Both the position numbers and the translations under genes were made by a program. The notes below the pieces were generated by a model, which worked only from the letters and a program-made list of their open reading frames with translations, did no database searches and was not told the origin of the DNA. Positions 53,552 through 64,000 of a stretch of DNA of 64,000 bases are shown in pieces. Source of the stretch: an uncultured Hormoscilla sp. (GTDB lineage Bacteria > Cyanobacteriota > Cyanobacteriia > Cyanobacteriales > Desertifilaceae); the NCBI GenBank assembly GCA_963921275.4, contig OZ001293.3:5600001-5664000 (forward strand), in the 5' to 3' direction. The number at the start of each line of letters is the position of its first letter. Within the stretch, counting starts at the first letter, position 1.

Positions 53552-53792
53552 GCAGGAGCCGCGTTTAATGAGTCGGAACCGGTGAGCGATCGCCCCATTT
53601 TTTTGTTACCAGGGACCGGTGAAGGAGGCTCTCCCCTCCAGGGGACGAGGCTGAGCCTTTGGAGGCCCGTTACCAGGCGGGAGCCTGGTAACTAGGGGGG
53701 GACCGGTGAGCGCGGGGGGGACCGGTGAGCGCGGGAAAGGAGGGAAAAAAATTTTTTGCGGTTTTGCATAGAAGCTGAGGTGACCTGCAAAT

Positions 53793-56178
53793 ATTAAACT
53801 AAGCCAGGGAGTCACCTCTCCGAGGAGTCTTCAAAACCGGACGATCTGCTTTTCACCTCATCCGGCTCCTCAGTAATGCCATTCTTGTCACGGGTACGGC
53901 TACTGCCATCGCTGGCAGTCTTTGTGTCGTGGCAATGTTTATGCAACAGTTGTAGGTTGTCCCACCGGTCTTTGCCACCTAATGAAAGTGGTTTGATGTG
54001 GTCTACTTCCCACTTGTCGCTGTCCTTAAACGTCAATTCGCAGTGTTGGCATTTCCCTTTTTGCCTCTTGAGTAGCTTGGCTACTCTATTACTTATCTCT
54101 GGGTTTTTGCCTAGTCTTGTGCTCCAGTAGGTGAGGTTCCCGTCGTATGGGCTGGTTGTCCCTTTTACTTTGGTGTGTCGAACTATCTCTACACTTGCGT
54201 GCTTTAACAGTTGGATTTCTTTATTCTTGTCAGTCTGACACCGGAATCGCCACTGTTCATCCTGGTCTGCTGACCAGTATTTCTTGGCTATCCATTGTCT
54301 TGATTTATTGGGATGTCTTCTCTTAGCCCATTGCCACAGAATGTCCCATAGGTAGGTGTCCATGTCGCTGTAAGTTTCTTTACTTACTCCCGTCCTGAAG
54401 TAGTTTGACCATCCCCGTATTATTAGGTTTAGCCTGCTTATTAGGGCTTCTTGGGGTGCGGCGGCTGGTTACCACTTCTGCTAATCTCTCTTTATGCTTC
54501 CCTATGGACTTTTTACTGGGTTTGATAAGGGTTTTGAAACCTAGGGTTTTTCCGTTACATCTGCCACTTCTGTTCTTACTTACCTCGTATTGCCTTACAT
54601 TGAATCCTAGGAAATCAAATCCCGGGTTTTCTCCGTTCAGCGTATGAGATACTTTTGTTTTTTCGGGCTTTAGTTCTAGTCCTACCCCTTTTAGCCACTT
54701 CGCTATGACCGTTTGCGTTTCTTCTATCTTTTCTTTATTGTCATGCATTACCACAAAGTCATCTGCATATCTGACTACAGTCAGTTTTTTCTTTTCACTT
54801 TGTGTTTTTGCAAGCCCCATTATGGCCTCTTCTAACCCATGTAGGGCTATGTTAGCCAGTAACGGAGATATGACTCCTCCTTGTGGTGTACCCTCTTCGG
54901 TCGGATACCAGCTCCCTTTGTCTATCACCCCGGCTTTTAACCATGCCCGTATTTGCTTACGGATTGGTGATGTCGTATTCAGTTTTTCCATCAACGCTTT
55001 ATGGTCAATCTTATCGAAGCACTTCGCTATGTCAGCATCTAGTACCCATTTGGGTTTTTGGCGGATACTGATGAATATTGCTTCGATTGCGTCATGACAT
55101 CCCCTTCCCGGTCTGAAGCCATATGAGTTACCTTCAAAATACGCTTCCCATTCGGGCTCTAGTGCAATTTTCAGTAACCCTTGTGTCGAACGGTCGTACA
55201 TCGTTGGTATTCCTAGAGGACGCTTTTCGTCTCTTCCTGGCTTTGGTATCCATACACGACGTGCAGGTTTGGCCTTATTTGAGATATCTATTTGTCCTGC
55301 CAGTTCTAGACGCTGCTCTGGGGTTAACAATTTTACGCCATCCACACCGGCAGTTTTCTTTCCCTGGTTATCTTGTGTTACCTGTCGTACCGCTAGACTT
55401 TTGGCTGCCCGGGATTTTACCAGTAACCTCTGGAGTCTGCGAACTGTCCGCTTGTCGCCACGTTGTGCCGCTCTGTAAATTCGCTTTTGCAACTTGAAGA
55501 CTACTCGCTCCAGCTTACGCCAGGGGCTGTCCTTCCATTCATTCATCGATGTACTCATCGTGCTCATGACGTATACATTGCTACTTGCAACTTCACATTT
55601 TGACATTACCGTGAGGGCGTCAGCGTATCCTATCCATTACAGATAGGCGTTTGCTTCTCCTCTCAATCTTTCCCAGGCATGACCTGCCGTATGAGAGCAG
55701 ATGTTGCGCCATTGGTGGCTACTCTACCTATCGACCGGTGGTAGAGAGTACATGCCTGGTTTACTTCGTTCCTATAGACGATTGGTTGTAGTTTTAGATG
55801 GGTTCTTATATGCCGGGTTTGTTGCCGGTGCTTATTGGTCGGTCACTCATCCGCCAATGGCCATTATCCTTTCCCTTTTGGGCCAGCGTGTTCAGCCTGA
55901 TTACGCTGGTTCGTCATGACGACACTTATGAACCTTCGCTTGCACTCACCATAACTACTTGTTCGGCGATGACTGGCTTAGGCTGCTAGTCAGGGCGCCT
56001 TTCCTTCCCGCTTTACGGATTGATGCCATCGCTACCGTCGGGAGGGCACTGTCACGAGAGCACCTGGAGGGGTGGACTTTCACCACCATCATCTATAAGT
56101 TGTCAGGGCTAATGGAACCCTGCTAGTGGTCCCCCTTCTTGACCGGTGTCAAGTCGGTTTACACTAAACGAATCGCAC
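53793..56178 (-). mobile_element. Group II intron (RT/maturase/HNH type), probably inactive
   Basis: 5' end GTGCGATTCG at 56178; domain V-like GAGCCGGATGAGGTGAAA...GTCCGGTT; 3' end ...TTAGTTTAAT at 53793; internal RT ORF. Confidence 0.9.
53812..55606 (-). pseudogene. ltrA: Group II intron reverse transcriptase/maturase with HNH domain, frameshifted
   Basis: LQKRIY, RPLGIP, SYGFRPGR, GTPQGG, RYADD, FLGF; frameshift near 54465 before LNPIIRGW; C-terminal EVDHIKPLSLGG...NLQLLH..CH. Confidence 0.9.
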
Positions 56179-56283
56179 AAGTGACTAGATGCCGAGAGGA
56201 GAAGCACTGTGAATGCATAAGACACAATGGAATGACCAGTTATGGCTGTTCAGCAGCTTATGAGTGGAAGAGGAGGACCGTAG

Positions 56284-56935
56284 ATGGATGCATCTGACAC
56301 ATTGGAACAGCGAGTTCTGGAGATTCAAAAGCTTCCTCGTGGGAGCAATAAGCGTCGCCGAAAGTCGGCTAATTTACGACATTCAGAAATCAGACAAGCT
56401 ATTCTGTCAGGGGAGATTTAATTATCCCAAGGAGGTATTCGACGAGGCACTTTGGGAAACTTTGCCGGAAATTAGTAAGAAGATTGACCAGTACGATCCG
56501 ACTAAGGCGAAGGTGATGACTTGGGTTAATCGCATTTTAGAGTTTAAGTTCAAGGATGGGATTAAGAAATACAACAAGAGGCGAAAATAGAGCCAAAATA
56601 AACTGTCTTGGTATGCTCCTATCAACAACGATTCTAGCACTACATTGGGAGATATTATCCCTGCACATGAAGGCAAATCTTTTGTTTGCGAGCGCGTCTG
56701 AGACTATATTTACAACGATCCTGAAGATCTGTTTGCAACACATTAAGGGTCATCCCCGGGCGAACTATCGGTCGATCGCCCTCTTAGTCCTGGAGGGTTA
56801 CTCCTGGAAAAAGGTAATTTTAGCGGTGGGGATGCCCGAGTAAAAATGGTCTACAGTCCATATTTTTTACTGGCGATAATGCCAGAAGTTCGCTCCCAAG
56901 TTTCGGGAATATTTGCAGAATATGGAGGACGAGTA
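56284..56935 (+). pseudogene. Sigma-70 family (ECF-like) factor remnant
   Basis: MDASDTLEQRVLEIQKLP..., IDQYDPTKAKVMTWVN, HIKGHPRANYRSIAL, spread over frames with stops. Confidence 0.7.
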
Positions 56936-57613
56936 ATGAGTTGTCTAACAACTGAACCTTTGACTTTCACGGTTCCTATTACCAGGGATGTTTATCACCA
57001 GGCGGAGAACTTTAGTCGGGAACAAAAGCACCCTGAAAAAGCCCGATAGGTATATCTGAATACTTTGGCTGTTTCTGCTGTGGAGTTCTACTGTAAATGT
57101 ATGGAAGTGGAAACTGATTTGCAGGAAAGTGATAGCTGGAATCTTTCTTCACGCACTCTGATGGATGTGGTGGTAAAGTTACTACAATGGTTGGATGGAG
57201 TTTTTGAGGAGGGTTGGCAAGCAGTTGAGGAATTATGGGCACCCAGAAGTCAGCTAGGTTATGCTAGAAGTGCGAGTGGCTTCACGGTCAAACGGGCTAA
57301 AGTTATTGACTTGGGGTTACTCCTCAATGGCGAAACTGTGGCTTTAGTGGTAAATCTCCAGCATGAAGCTAATAATGAAGTTGGTATCCTGGTACAAGTT
57401 CAGCCTATGGGCGATCGACAACATCTGCCACCCGGTCTGAAGCTACAGGTTAATCTTGAGTCAGACAGTGCGGAAGTTGAGGCGAGGGAGGCTGACAAGT
57501 ACATTCAATTGGAATTTAGTCAGCGACCTGGGAGAAGGTTTAATGTTCAGATTTCCCTGGGAGATGGCATAATTACTGAAGAGTTTGCTGTTGAAGCCGC
57601 TAGGGCTGCTTAA
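56936..57613 (+). pseudogene. DUF1822 family protein with an in-frame stop and internal deletion
   Basis: KAR*VYLNTLAV.AV, KRAKVIDLG, LPPGLKL, AREAD.YIQLEF. Confidence 0.8.
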
Positions 57614-57819
57614 TACCATTTTGGGAATAATGCTACAATTTTGGGGTGCATCTCATATTTGCGTCGCCGCCCCGCCCGAACCCTAAAGGGTCCGGCTACA
57701 CGAACAAAGCCCGCGCAAGCGGGCTAGATGAAAAAAGTGACATACACCCCAATTTTGAAGCATTATTATCTTAGTCGGTTTGAACCGACTTGAGCTAAAA
57801 GCCTTTGGGTTTGAACCCT

Positions 57820-57910
57820 CCGTGTCTCGTGGGTAGTGCGAGTACGATATCTCGTGGGTAGTGCGACGCAGGATCGCTCCCACGAGACATCGAGCGACCA
57901 CGAGACACGG
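57820..57910. repeat. Double-nested palindromic element inside a REP-like repeat
   Basis: CCGTGTCTCGTGG GTAGTGCGAGTA CGAT[ATCTCGTGGG...CCCACGAGAC]ATCG AGCGA CCACGAGACACGG. Confidence 0.9.
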
Positions 57911-58175
57911 AAGGCGGGCTAACAGCGAAGAGAGATAATTTTCGCGGAAGAAGTGCAGCAATATTTTCTACAAATGGTATAACAGATAATGGTTTCAGCT
58001 TTCCCGATACACCGGCGAAGGTTCAAAACCTCTGGCGGTGGCGGGATGGCAGGATGGCGGGATAATTGACAATGAGGCAAGATGAAAATTGATGTAAGAT
58101 TGATGTAAGATGTAAAATGAGGCAAGATGTAAAGTTGAACCGCTGGCGTGGCATCGGGCAAGGGTGAGGATGGCA

Positions 58176-59416
58176 ATGGAGAAACTGGCGATCTTGAAGC
58201 TGGGAAATGGTGATTTTGATGGCAGGTTCCTAGTGGCCATCGAAATTCATCAGTTGGGAAAAAATGGACAGCATGAAATCCATAAATTAGATGGCCAGTT
58301 ACCCCCATGCCCAAAATTGACTGGCCTTTATCAGAATTGGCAGAAACAATATAGAGGTTTGCTTCATTCTGCTAGGGAAGGCTTCAAAAAAGCTCAAGTC
58401 ACTCAGGTTTCGGTTACGGAATGCGAAGATTTCTTCTTACGCGCCAGTCTCAACCGGTGGCTTGACTCGGAGGAATTTCGCTCGACCAAGAAACTGTTAG
58501 AAGAATCTCTCAGTCAGGAACCGCCGCCGGAAATTAGTTTCGTTATCCAAACGGATGCGATCGCCTCAGATGCCACCAAGGACATCTTACACCGACTGCC
58601 CTGGCATGGGCGGGATTTGTTTCCGAAAAACTGGCAAGTGGAAACAGCTATCAGTTTCCGGGATGGGGAAGCGAGTTTTCAAGATTCCCACAGTTCGCCT
58701 GAATCAGGTAGAATAAGAGATGTCAAAATCTTAGGCATCCTGGGGGATAGTGGGGGCATCGATGTTAAGGCTGACGAACAAGTAATTAGCCAGTTACCAG
58801 TCGCCTCTGTTTCTGAGCCAGCCAAAACGAGCAGATTTTGCCCGACTCAGATCATAGCGAGACTGAAGGGGACGGTCAAACTGGCTTGCTCGATATTAAT
58901 CCCGACGATCGGCTGAACATTGAGGAAATCAGAAGGACTCTCACAGTAGCTTGGGAGCGGGGTTTGAAGTTAGCAATTTTCAACTCCTGTGATGGGCTAG
59001 GCTTGGCGCGGCAACTAGCGGACTTAAACATCCCCCAGATCGTTGTTTGGCGGGAACCAGTGCCAGATTTAGTGGCGCAAAAGTTTCTGAAATATTTTCT
59101 GACATCCTTTGCTGGGGGTAATTCTCTATATAGGGACAAGTTACGAGAACTCGAACCTGAGATTGAGGAGCAACTACCGAGGGTAACTGCATTGCCTGTC
59201 ATTTGTCAAAATCTGGCGGACGAACCTGTCACTTGGAAGAAGTTGAGAGAATGCAGTGGTGACAGCACCAGTAGTGATGACCCGAAGCCAGTGAATTGGC
59301 TCAATCAGATGATCGTGTCTGTTGGGATAAAAATTATCTTGTTAGGGATGACGATGACAATGGTAGGAATTACCTTATCATTTACAATGAATATCAACAT
59401 CATCTCAATCAAATAA
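58176..59416 (+). pseudogene. CHAT domain protein, frameshifted with a deletion
   Basis: KLAILKLG.GDF, RLPWH, ILGILGDSGGID, then LKLAIFNSCDGLGLA, WREPVPD.VAQ.FL in the next frame; the catalytic His segment appears deleted. Confidence 0.8.
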
Positions 59417-59503
59417 TTATATACTGGTAGACAAGGGACTGACAGTTTGCCCCCAACTACTAGCCATCGGTCAAACTAGGTTCTTTTTGAGGGATACGAG
59501 TTT

Positions 59504-59887
59504 TTGCAGAATCGAGATTATGACAGGGCTGAAGAAAAATTCAACCAGGCGAGAATGCGGGAACCTAAATCCCCAGACCCTTGGTACTGGAAAGCTCAAC
59601 TGGCTCTCGCAAGAGAAAACAAACCCGTCGCACTAAAATATACTGATAAAGCTTTGAAGCTGGAACCAAATCATTTGCATAGTTTGGTGCTAAAAATTAA
59701 ACTTATGTTATTGAATGGCGGTCATGACTTAGTCAATGCTTTAGCAATAGCAACCAAGAGTCACAGGAGATCAGAGGAACTAGATTCATGGTTGAATTGT
59801 TTGGAGAGAGAAAAAGTTTTTTTGTCTTCGTTGAATACAGATTCGGAATTAGATGCAAAATGTCCCCTTCCCATCTACAAATGGTAA
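59504..59887 (+). CDS. TPR-containing protein (may be the separated C-terminus of the upstream gene)
   Basis: DYDRAEEKFNQA...PDPWYWKA...KALKLEP; no ATG start. Confidence 0.55.
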   Translation: MQNRDYDRAEEKFNQARMREPKSPDPWYWKAQLALARENKPVALKYTDKALKLEPNHLHSLVLKIKLMLLNGGHDLVNALAIATKSHRRSEELDSWLNCLEREKVFLSSLNTDSELDAKCPLPIYKW

Positions 59888-59905
59888 ATAATTGAGGAAT
59901 GTACC

Positions 59906-60935
59906 ATGAGTGCCAAGAAAATGATTCGTCGTTTATTATTGAGTGTTTCGATTTTATCAGCAGGACTAGGAATAATTTATTTATTATTATCGTCCATGTG
60001 GCTGTATAGACTAAGCTCTCCCCCAGTGGGCCGCCAAGCACCCCCAGTAAAGCAAAGACGCCCAGCACACCCTACCTCAGCATCCCCTCATGATTTACCC
60101 CTAACCAACAAAACTCAGCCATTGCCCCATGATGGCTTATTTATCAGAAGAAAAAATGAGTTCGGCACGAAACTTGATGTAGGAATCAAAGACTTGATTG
60201 ACCAAGGGGTCTTGATCGATCAAACTCTCATTCGCTTCGATGACTTTATAGTATCAAATAGCGATCGCGTGCCCCTGCCTCAATCAGGTCAATCTCTTGC
60301 GGTCAGCTATGGCATAGCACCAATTCCCCTGAGCCAAAAGCGCGACGATCGAGCTACCCATTATTTAGAGATTGCCTTAAGAGCATCGGATGTAGCTCCC
60401 GCAGGACATAGCAAAACTAAAGCCCCACCAGTTAATTACATTTTTGTGATTGATACCAATGGGTCGATGTCAGGAGAAAAATTAGACACCGTCAAAGCCG
60501 CAATTCGAGAGCTATTTAAGAGAATGAGGAAAAACGATGTTCTGGGGATTGTCGAATTTAATAACCAGCCGAGAACCCTGTTAAAGGCGACCCCTGTGGG
60601 AAAAATTTCCCGCAAAGAATTCAGCCGAATCATCAGTAATATCACCGCCGATGGCGGGACGGACCTCAACATCGGTCTATCATATGGCATCGATGAGATC
60701 GGTCGTTATGAAAGTGACGCCTCTTTGAATCACATCTTTTTGTTTTCAGATGGCCAGCCCACTTCAGGAGAAAGAGACTGGATTAAAATTCGGCAAAACG
60801 TGGATAAGAAAACGCGGGGAGATATCCGCTTATCAACATTTGCCTTCGGTGCAGATGCCAATACCAGGGAACTGGATGCCTTAGCCAGTCTAACGGGAGA
60901 AAAATTCAGTTTTATCGCAGACCCCACAGACACCG
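59906..60935 (+). pseudogene. von Willebrand factor A domain protein, C-terminally truncated
   Basis: FVIDTNGSMSG MIDAS variant, GGTD, LFSDGQPT; runs abruptly into a Uma2 fragment at about 60935. Confidence 0.75.
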
Positions 60936-61203
60936 GTTCGATATGTCGGGGGAGTCGTTACAACTGTACTGTCCGAATGGGGAAGCATTTGCGACCTATT
61001 GGGAGATAAAAAAACAACTCAAACAGACACAGCAGGAGCGAGAATGGGAGCGCAAGCAAAAGGAACTTGCTCTACAACAAGTTCAGCAGACACAGCAGGA
61101 GCTAGAATTAGAGCGTCAGGAAAAGGAACTTGCTCTACAAGAAGTTCAGCGTTTAAAAGAGTTGCTGCTTGCAGCTCGTATTGACCCGGATACAATTAAT
61201 TGA
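60935..61203 (+). pseudogene. Uma2-family C-terminal fragment
   Basis: RFDMSGESLQLY.PNGE.FATY plus coiled coil; near-duplicate of 61653-61900. Confidence 0.7.
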
Positions 61204-61431
61204 ACTCGGGAAAATGCTCCCGGAAGATGATGCTGTAGGGGCGGTTTCAAGGCGGCACTAAGTGCCGCCCTGGTCCTCCGGGGGACAGAACCGCCCGATC
61301 GCACCCGTACCAGAAAGCCCTATCGCTGCTAAAATGGAATCGGAAAGGCGATCGCAATTTGGGCGATCGGTCCGACGATGGAAGAACAGCAGCAAGATAA
61401 ACAGTCGTTGGAGGAGGTAACAGTAGTGGAA

Positions 61432-61930
61432 ATGCAAGGAACAAAAGCCGGAGAAATAATCTATCCCGAAAGCGATGGAAAACCAATAGCAGATAATACG
61501 GTCCAGTTCCGCTGGATAACGAAGATATATTCTAATCTGGAGTCGCTATTTGCTGACAATCCCAACGTATTTATAGCCGGGGACTTGTTATGGTATCCAG
61601 TAGAAGGGGATAATCCAGATGGATGGTTGGGTAAGCCCCCGGTTGCATATTCGGTTCGATATGTCGGGAGAGTCGTTACAACTGTACCGTCCGAATGGGA
61701 AAGCATTTGCGACTTATTTGGAAATCAGCAAACAACTAGAACAGACACAGAAGGAACTAGAATTGGTGCGTCAGAAAAAGGAACTCGATCGAAAGCTAGA
61801 ATTGGCGCATCAGGAAAAGCAAAGGTTAAAAGAGTTGCTCCTAGCGGCTGGAATTAACCCAGATAAATTGATTGAACTGGGGAAAATGCTCCCGGAAGAT
61901 GAGCGCCAAGCCCGATCGCTGATAAAATGA
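61432..61930 (+). pseudogene. Uma2 family endonuclease with internal deletion/frameshift
   Basis: YPESDGKPIADNTVQFRWI...AGDLLWYPVEG joined to GWVSPRL.IRFD in another frame. Confidence 0.8.
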
Positions 61931-62248
61931 AATAAATAATCTGTAGGAGATCCCAGATGAGAGCGATCTTGCGCAACAGGAATTATTAACGATCTCGGAC
62001 TTATATCTCTAGACAAACCCCTAGAGATAACTCCTCCAAACAGCAGAGGATCCTGACGATGAAAGCATAGAGTCGGTAAAAGTTCCTCTGCGCCGGTCCT
62101 TAGCAGAAGCTAAAGAGGGAAAACGCTTACCCATTGCTCAATTGTGGTGGGGAATTGATGCAAAATGAACCGCCTTCTCGACTAAATCTGTAGCAGGAGT
62201 AGGCCCGATAGTCTATGACAGGACAGGAGGGCGATCTCTTTATCTTTC

Positions 62249-62720
62249 CTATTGAAACATTTCCTGAATTACTTTCATTGTCAAAAATAGTCTATTAGGG
62301 CGAGCGGGAAAACCCATAAAATGATAATGTTCGTAGAAAGATACAGCGCCTTCATCCTTAGCATCCACCACTACAGCCATAGAAGCAATTTCATTATTCA
62401 AGCTGCGTTGCAGTGCATTGATGAGTAAAAAATATCCCCAACCTTGTTTTTGGTAATCTCGATCGACTGCTAATCTACTAAGCAGAGTAGCTGGTAATAC
62501 TGGATATAAGGGAAGTTTTTTCGTAATAGACTCCGGTAATTATGTTAACTTAATACTCATTGCCGAAAGAGTATAATAGCCGATAATTTTCTGACGCTCT
62601 CGATCGAAAGCAACAAAGGGGCTAGCCACATATTTGCGTTTATCTTGGTTGGCTTACTATTGGAGATAGCGGTCCAACTGTTCCACGCCACAGGAAAATG
62701 CCCCTCGATCATGATGGGAA
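62249..62720 (-). pseudogene. GNAT-family acetyltransferase toxin remnant
   Basis: FSCGVEQLDRYLQ**, IGYYTLS, RLAVDRDYQKQGWG, VVVDAKDE.A.SFYE, with several stops. Confidence 0.8.
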
Positions 62721-63138
62721 CTCAGAAGTTCAACAATATAATCAACTGACTCTGGCGATCGCATCTTACTCTCCCTTCAGGAGATATCTAAATGAGGCAA
62801 CGGCGTCAAGAGTTGAAAGCACAGTTACTCAAATGATGCTTAAGTCAGTGCCATTCGTTGTAGGGTGGGTTAGCGTTCGCGCGTAACCCACCGCACCCAT
62901 AGCGCGTAACCCACCGCGCCCGTCACCGGTTGTAGGCGATCGGGTTTGACGACAACGGTGGGTGACGGAAGGGGCCGTCGGTGGAGGGGCGATCGGGAAT
63001 TGATACGAACTGAACGGGATATCTCAATGATACTCTCGATCAATGGTCCTCCCGCTTGCTCGGCGCCCGACGCTCGTGCAAGAGCGCAATCATGAGTTAT
63101 AATGTGATTGCTCTCCCAACAGCAAGCAGGAGCAAAAC

Positions 63139-63798
63139 ATGTCCCAAATAGTAAGTACAACATTATCAGACAATACTGCAGAAAGACTGAAAAAACTAGC
63201 GCTGAGTTTGGGCAAAACTCCCGGCGAAACAAGTGCAATGCTGATTGAAGAGTCCCTGGGAGAAGCGGAGTTTACATATATTGAGTTTCGCGATCGCTCT
63301 ACCGGTGGTCGGCAAGCATACATGAAACCTACATTCCGCACGGACAAATGTTTGACGTAATGATTACAAACAGCTTGTGATTGTACGAACCGAAAAGTTC
63401 ATATCCGTATAAATAAATATACGTCCTGTTTCCTAAATTCTCAGAGCTAGTACTGATTACAAAAAGTAGTGCAATAGTAATCTAACCGATAAATTACGTA
63501 TTGCTTAGCATCTTACAACTTATAGTACACAAGTGAGATGAAAGGTTCTAACCTGGCAGTATGGCAAGTAATTATGCTTGCCCAGAACTACGATATGAAC
63601 TGTGAAAAAGTTGCCCAGCATTTAGTACGAACCTTAGAGTGGGTGCAGGCAGCTTTCAATTATGCTGAAACTTACCCAGAGAAAATTAATGAGGCGATCG
63701 CTTATTTTCAGGCGATCGACTACACAGCTATTCAGCAAATATTACCTCAAATTGAGCTGAAGACGGTTCGCAAAGAAATCTTCTCCAAAGAACAGTAA
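63139..63798 (+). pseudogene. DUF433-domain antitoxin-like gene split by a 210-bp insertion
   Basis: ...GGRQAYMK | MKGSNLAVWQVI... rejoin into one reading frame when 63328-63543 is removed. Confidence 0.8.
63328..63537. mobile_element. 210-bp non-coding insertion flanked by an ATGAAA direct repeat
   Basis: ATGAAA at 63322-63327 and 63538-63543; AT-rich, no ORF. Confidence 0.7.
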
Positions 63799-64000
63799 TG
63801 CTTTCCTTTCTCCTTGACGAACAGATATCACCAGAAGTAGCCAAGCAAATCAAACGCAAGGGGGCTGAGATCCCGATATACAGTATTTATATGTGGCAAG
63901 AAGGAAGGTGCCTCGGTGTTCCCGGTGAAGTCATACTTCTGGCTGCAACCGAGGCAGGGCTTACACTTGTGAGTTACGATCTCAAGACAATACCTCCGAT
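63798..64000 (+). CDS. DUF5615 PIN-like toxin (partial, runs off the window)
   Basis: MLSFLLDEQISPEVAKQ...ILLAA...TLVSYD; ATG overlaps the upstream stop. Confidence 0.75.
   Translation, partial: MLSFLLDEQISPEVAKQIKRKGAEIPIYSIYMWQEGRCLGVPGEVILLAATEAGLTLVSYDLKTIPP

Noticed and set aside
53812..55606. RT as a diversity-generating retroelement, retron or defence RT acting on the LRR gene
   Set aside because: It has group II intron termini, domain V, maturase and HNH. I saw no TR/VR pair with adenine-specific differences; the 76-bp duplicate differs at C positions on the + strand.
57047..57049. Stop-codon readthrough or recoding (TAG in DUF1822, TAA in the nuclease)
   Set aside because: Neighbouring genes carry mixed stops, frameshifts and deletions, and intact genes terminate with all three stops, so this is decay.
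57626..57767. Separate MITE suggested by an imperfect 25-bp inverted repeat
   Set aside because: No target duplication seen, and both arms overlap other dispersed repeat families.

Overview
AT-moderate filamentous-cyanobacterium-type chromosome segment: abundant HIP1 octamer GCGATCGC, heptamer STRR tracts, and chlH, cobN, cikA, ycf54, crtE. Intact core genes are mutS, folD, crtE, ycf54, pdxJ, chlH, rbfA, cikA, cobN, proS and dnaK. They are interspersed with many pseudogenes (geranylgeranyl reductase, nanE, a restriction endonuclease, a histidine kinase, hsp20, a sigma/DUF1822/CHAT/TPR/vWA cluster, Uma2 and GNAT copies), which suggests ongoing genome decay, possibly in a host-associated lineage (inference). 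Accessory content: a fused restriction-modification gene, a 1984-aa DUF4347/LRR/cadherin surface protein, several toxin-antitoxin loci, a frameshifted group II intron, a MITE with TIRs and a 10-bp target duplication, three 21-22 bp tandem arrays and a probable 6S RNA. The most striking signal is a set of very small palindromic insertion elements. They enter HIP1-like CGATCG/GCG sites, insert into each other up to about five layers deep, show covarying stems around conserved loops, and sit in-frame inside cobN, chlH, cikA and other genes.
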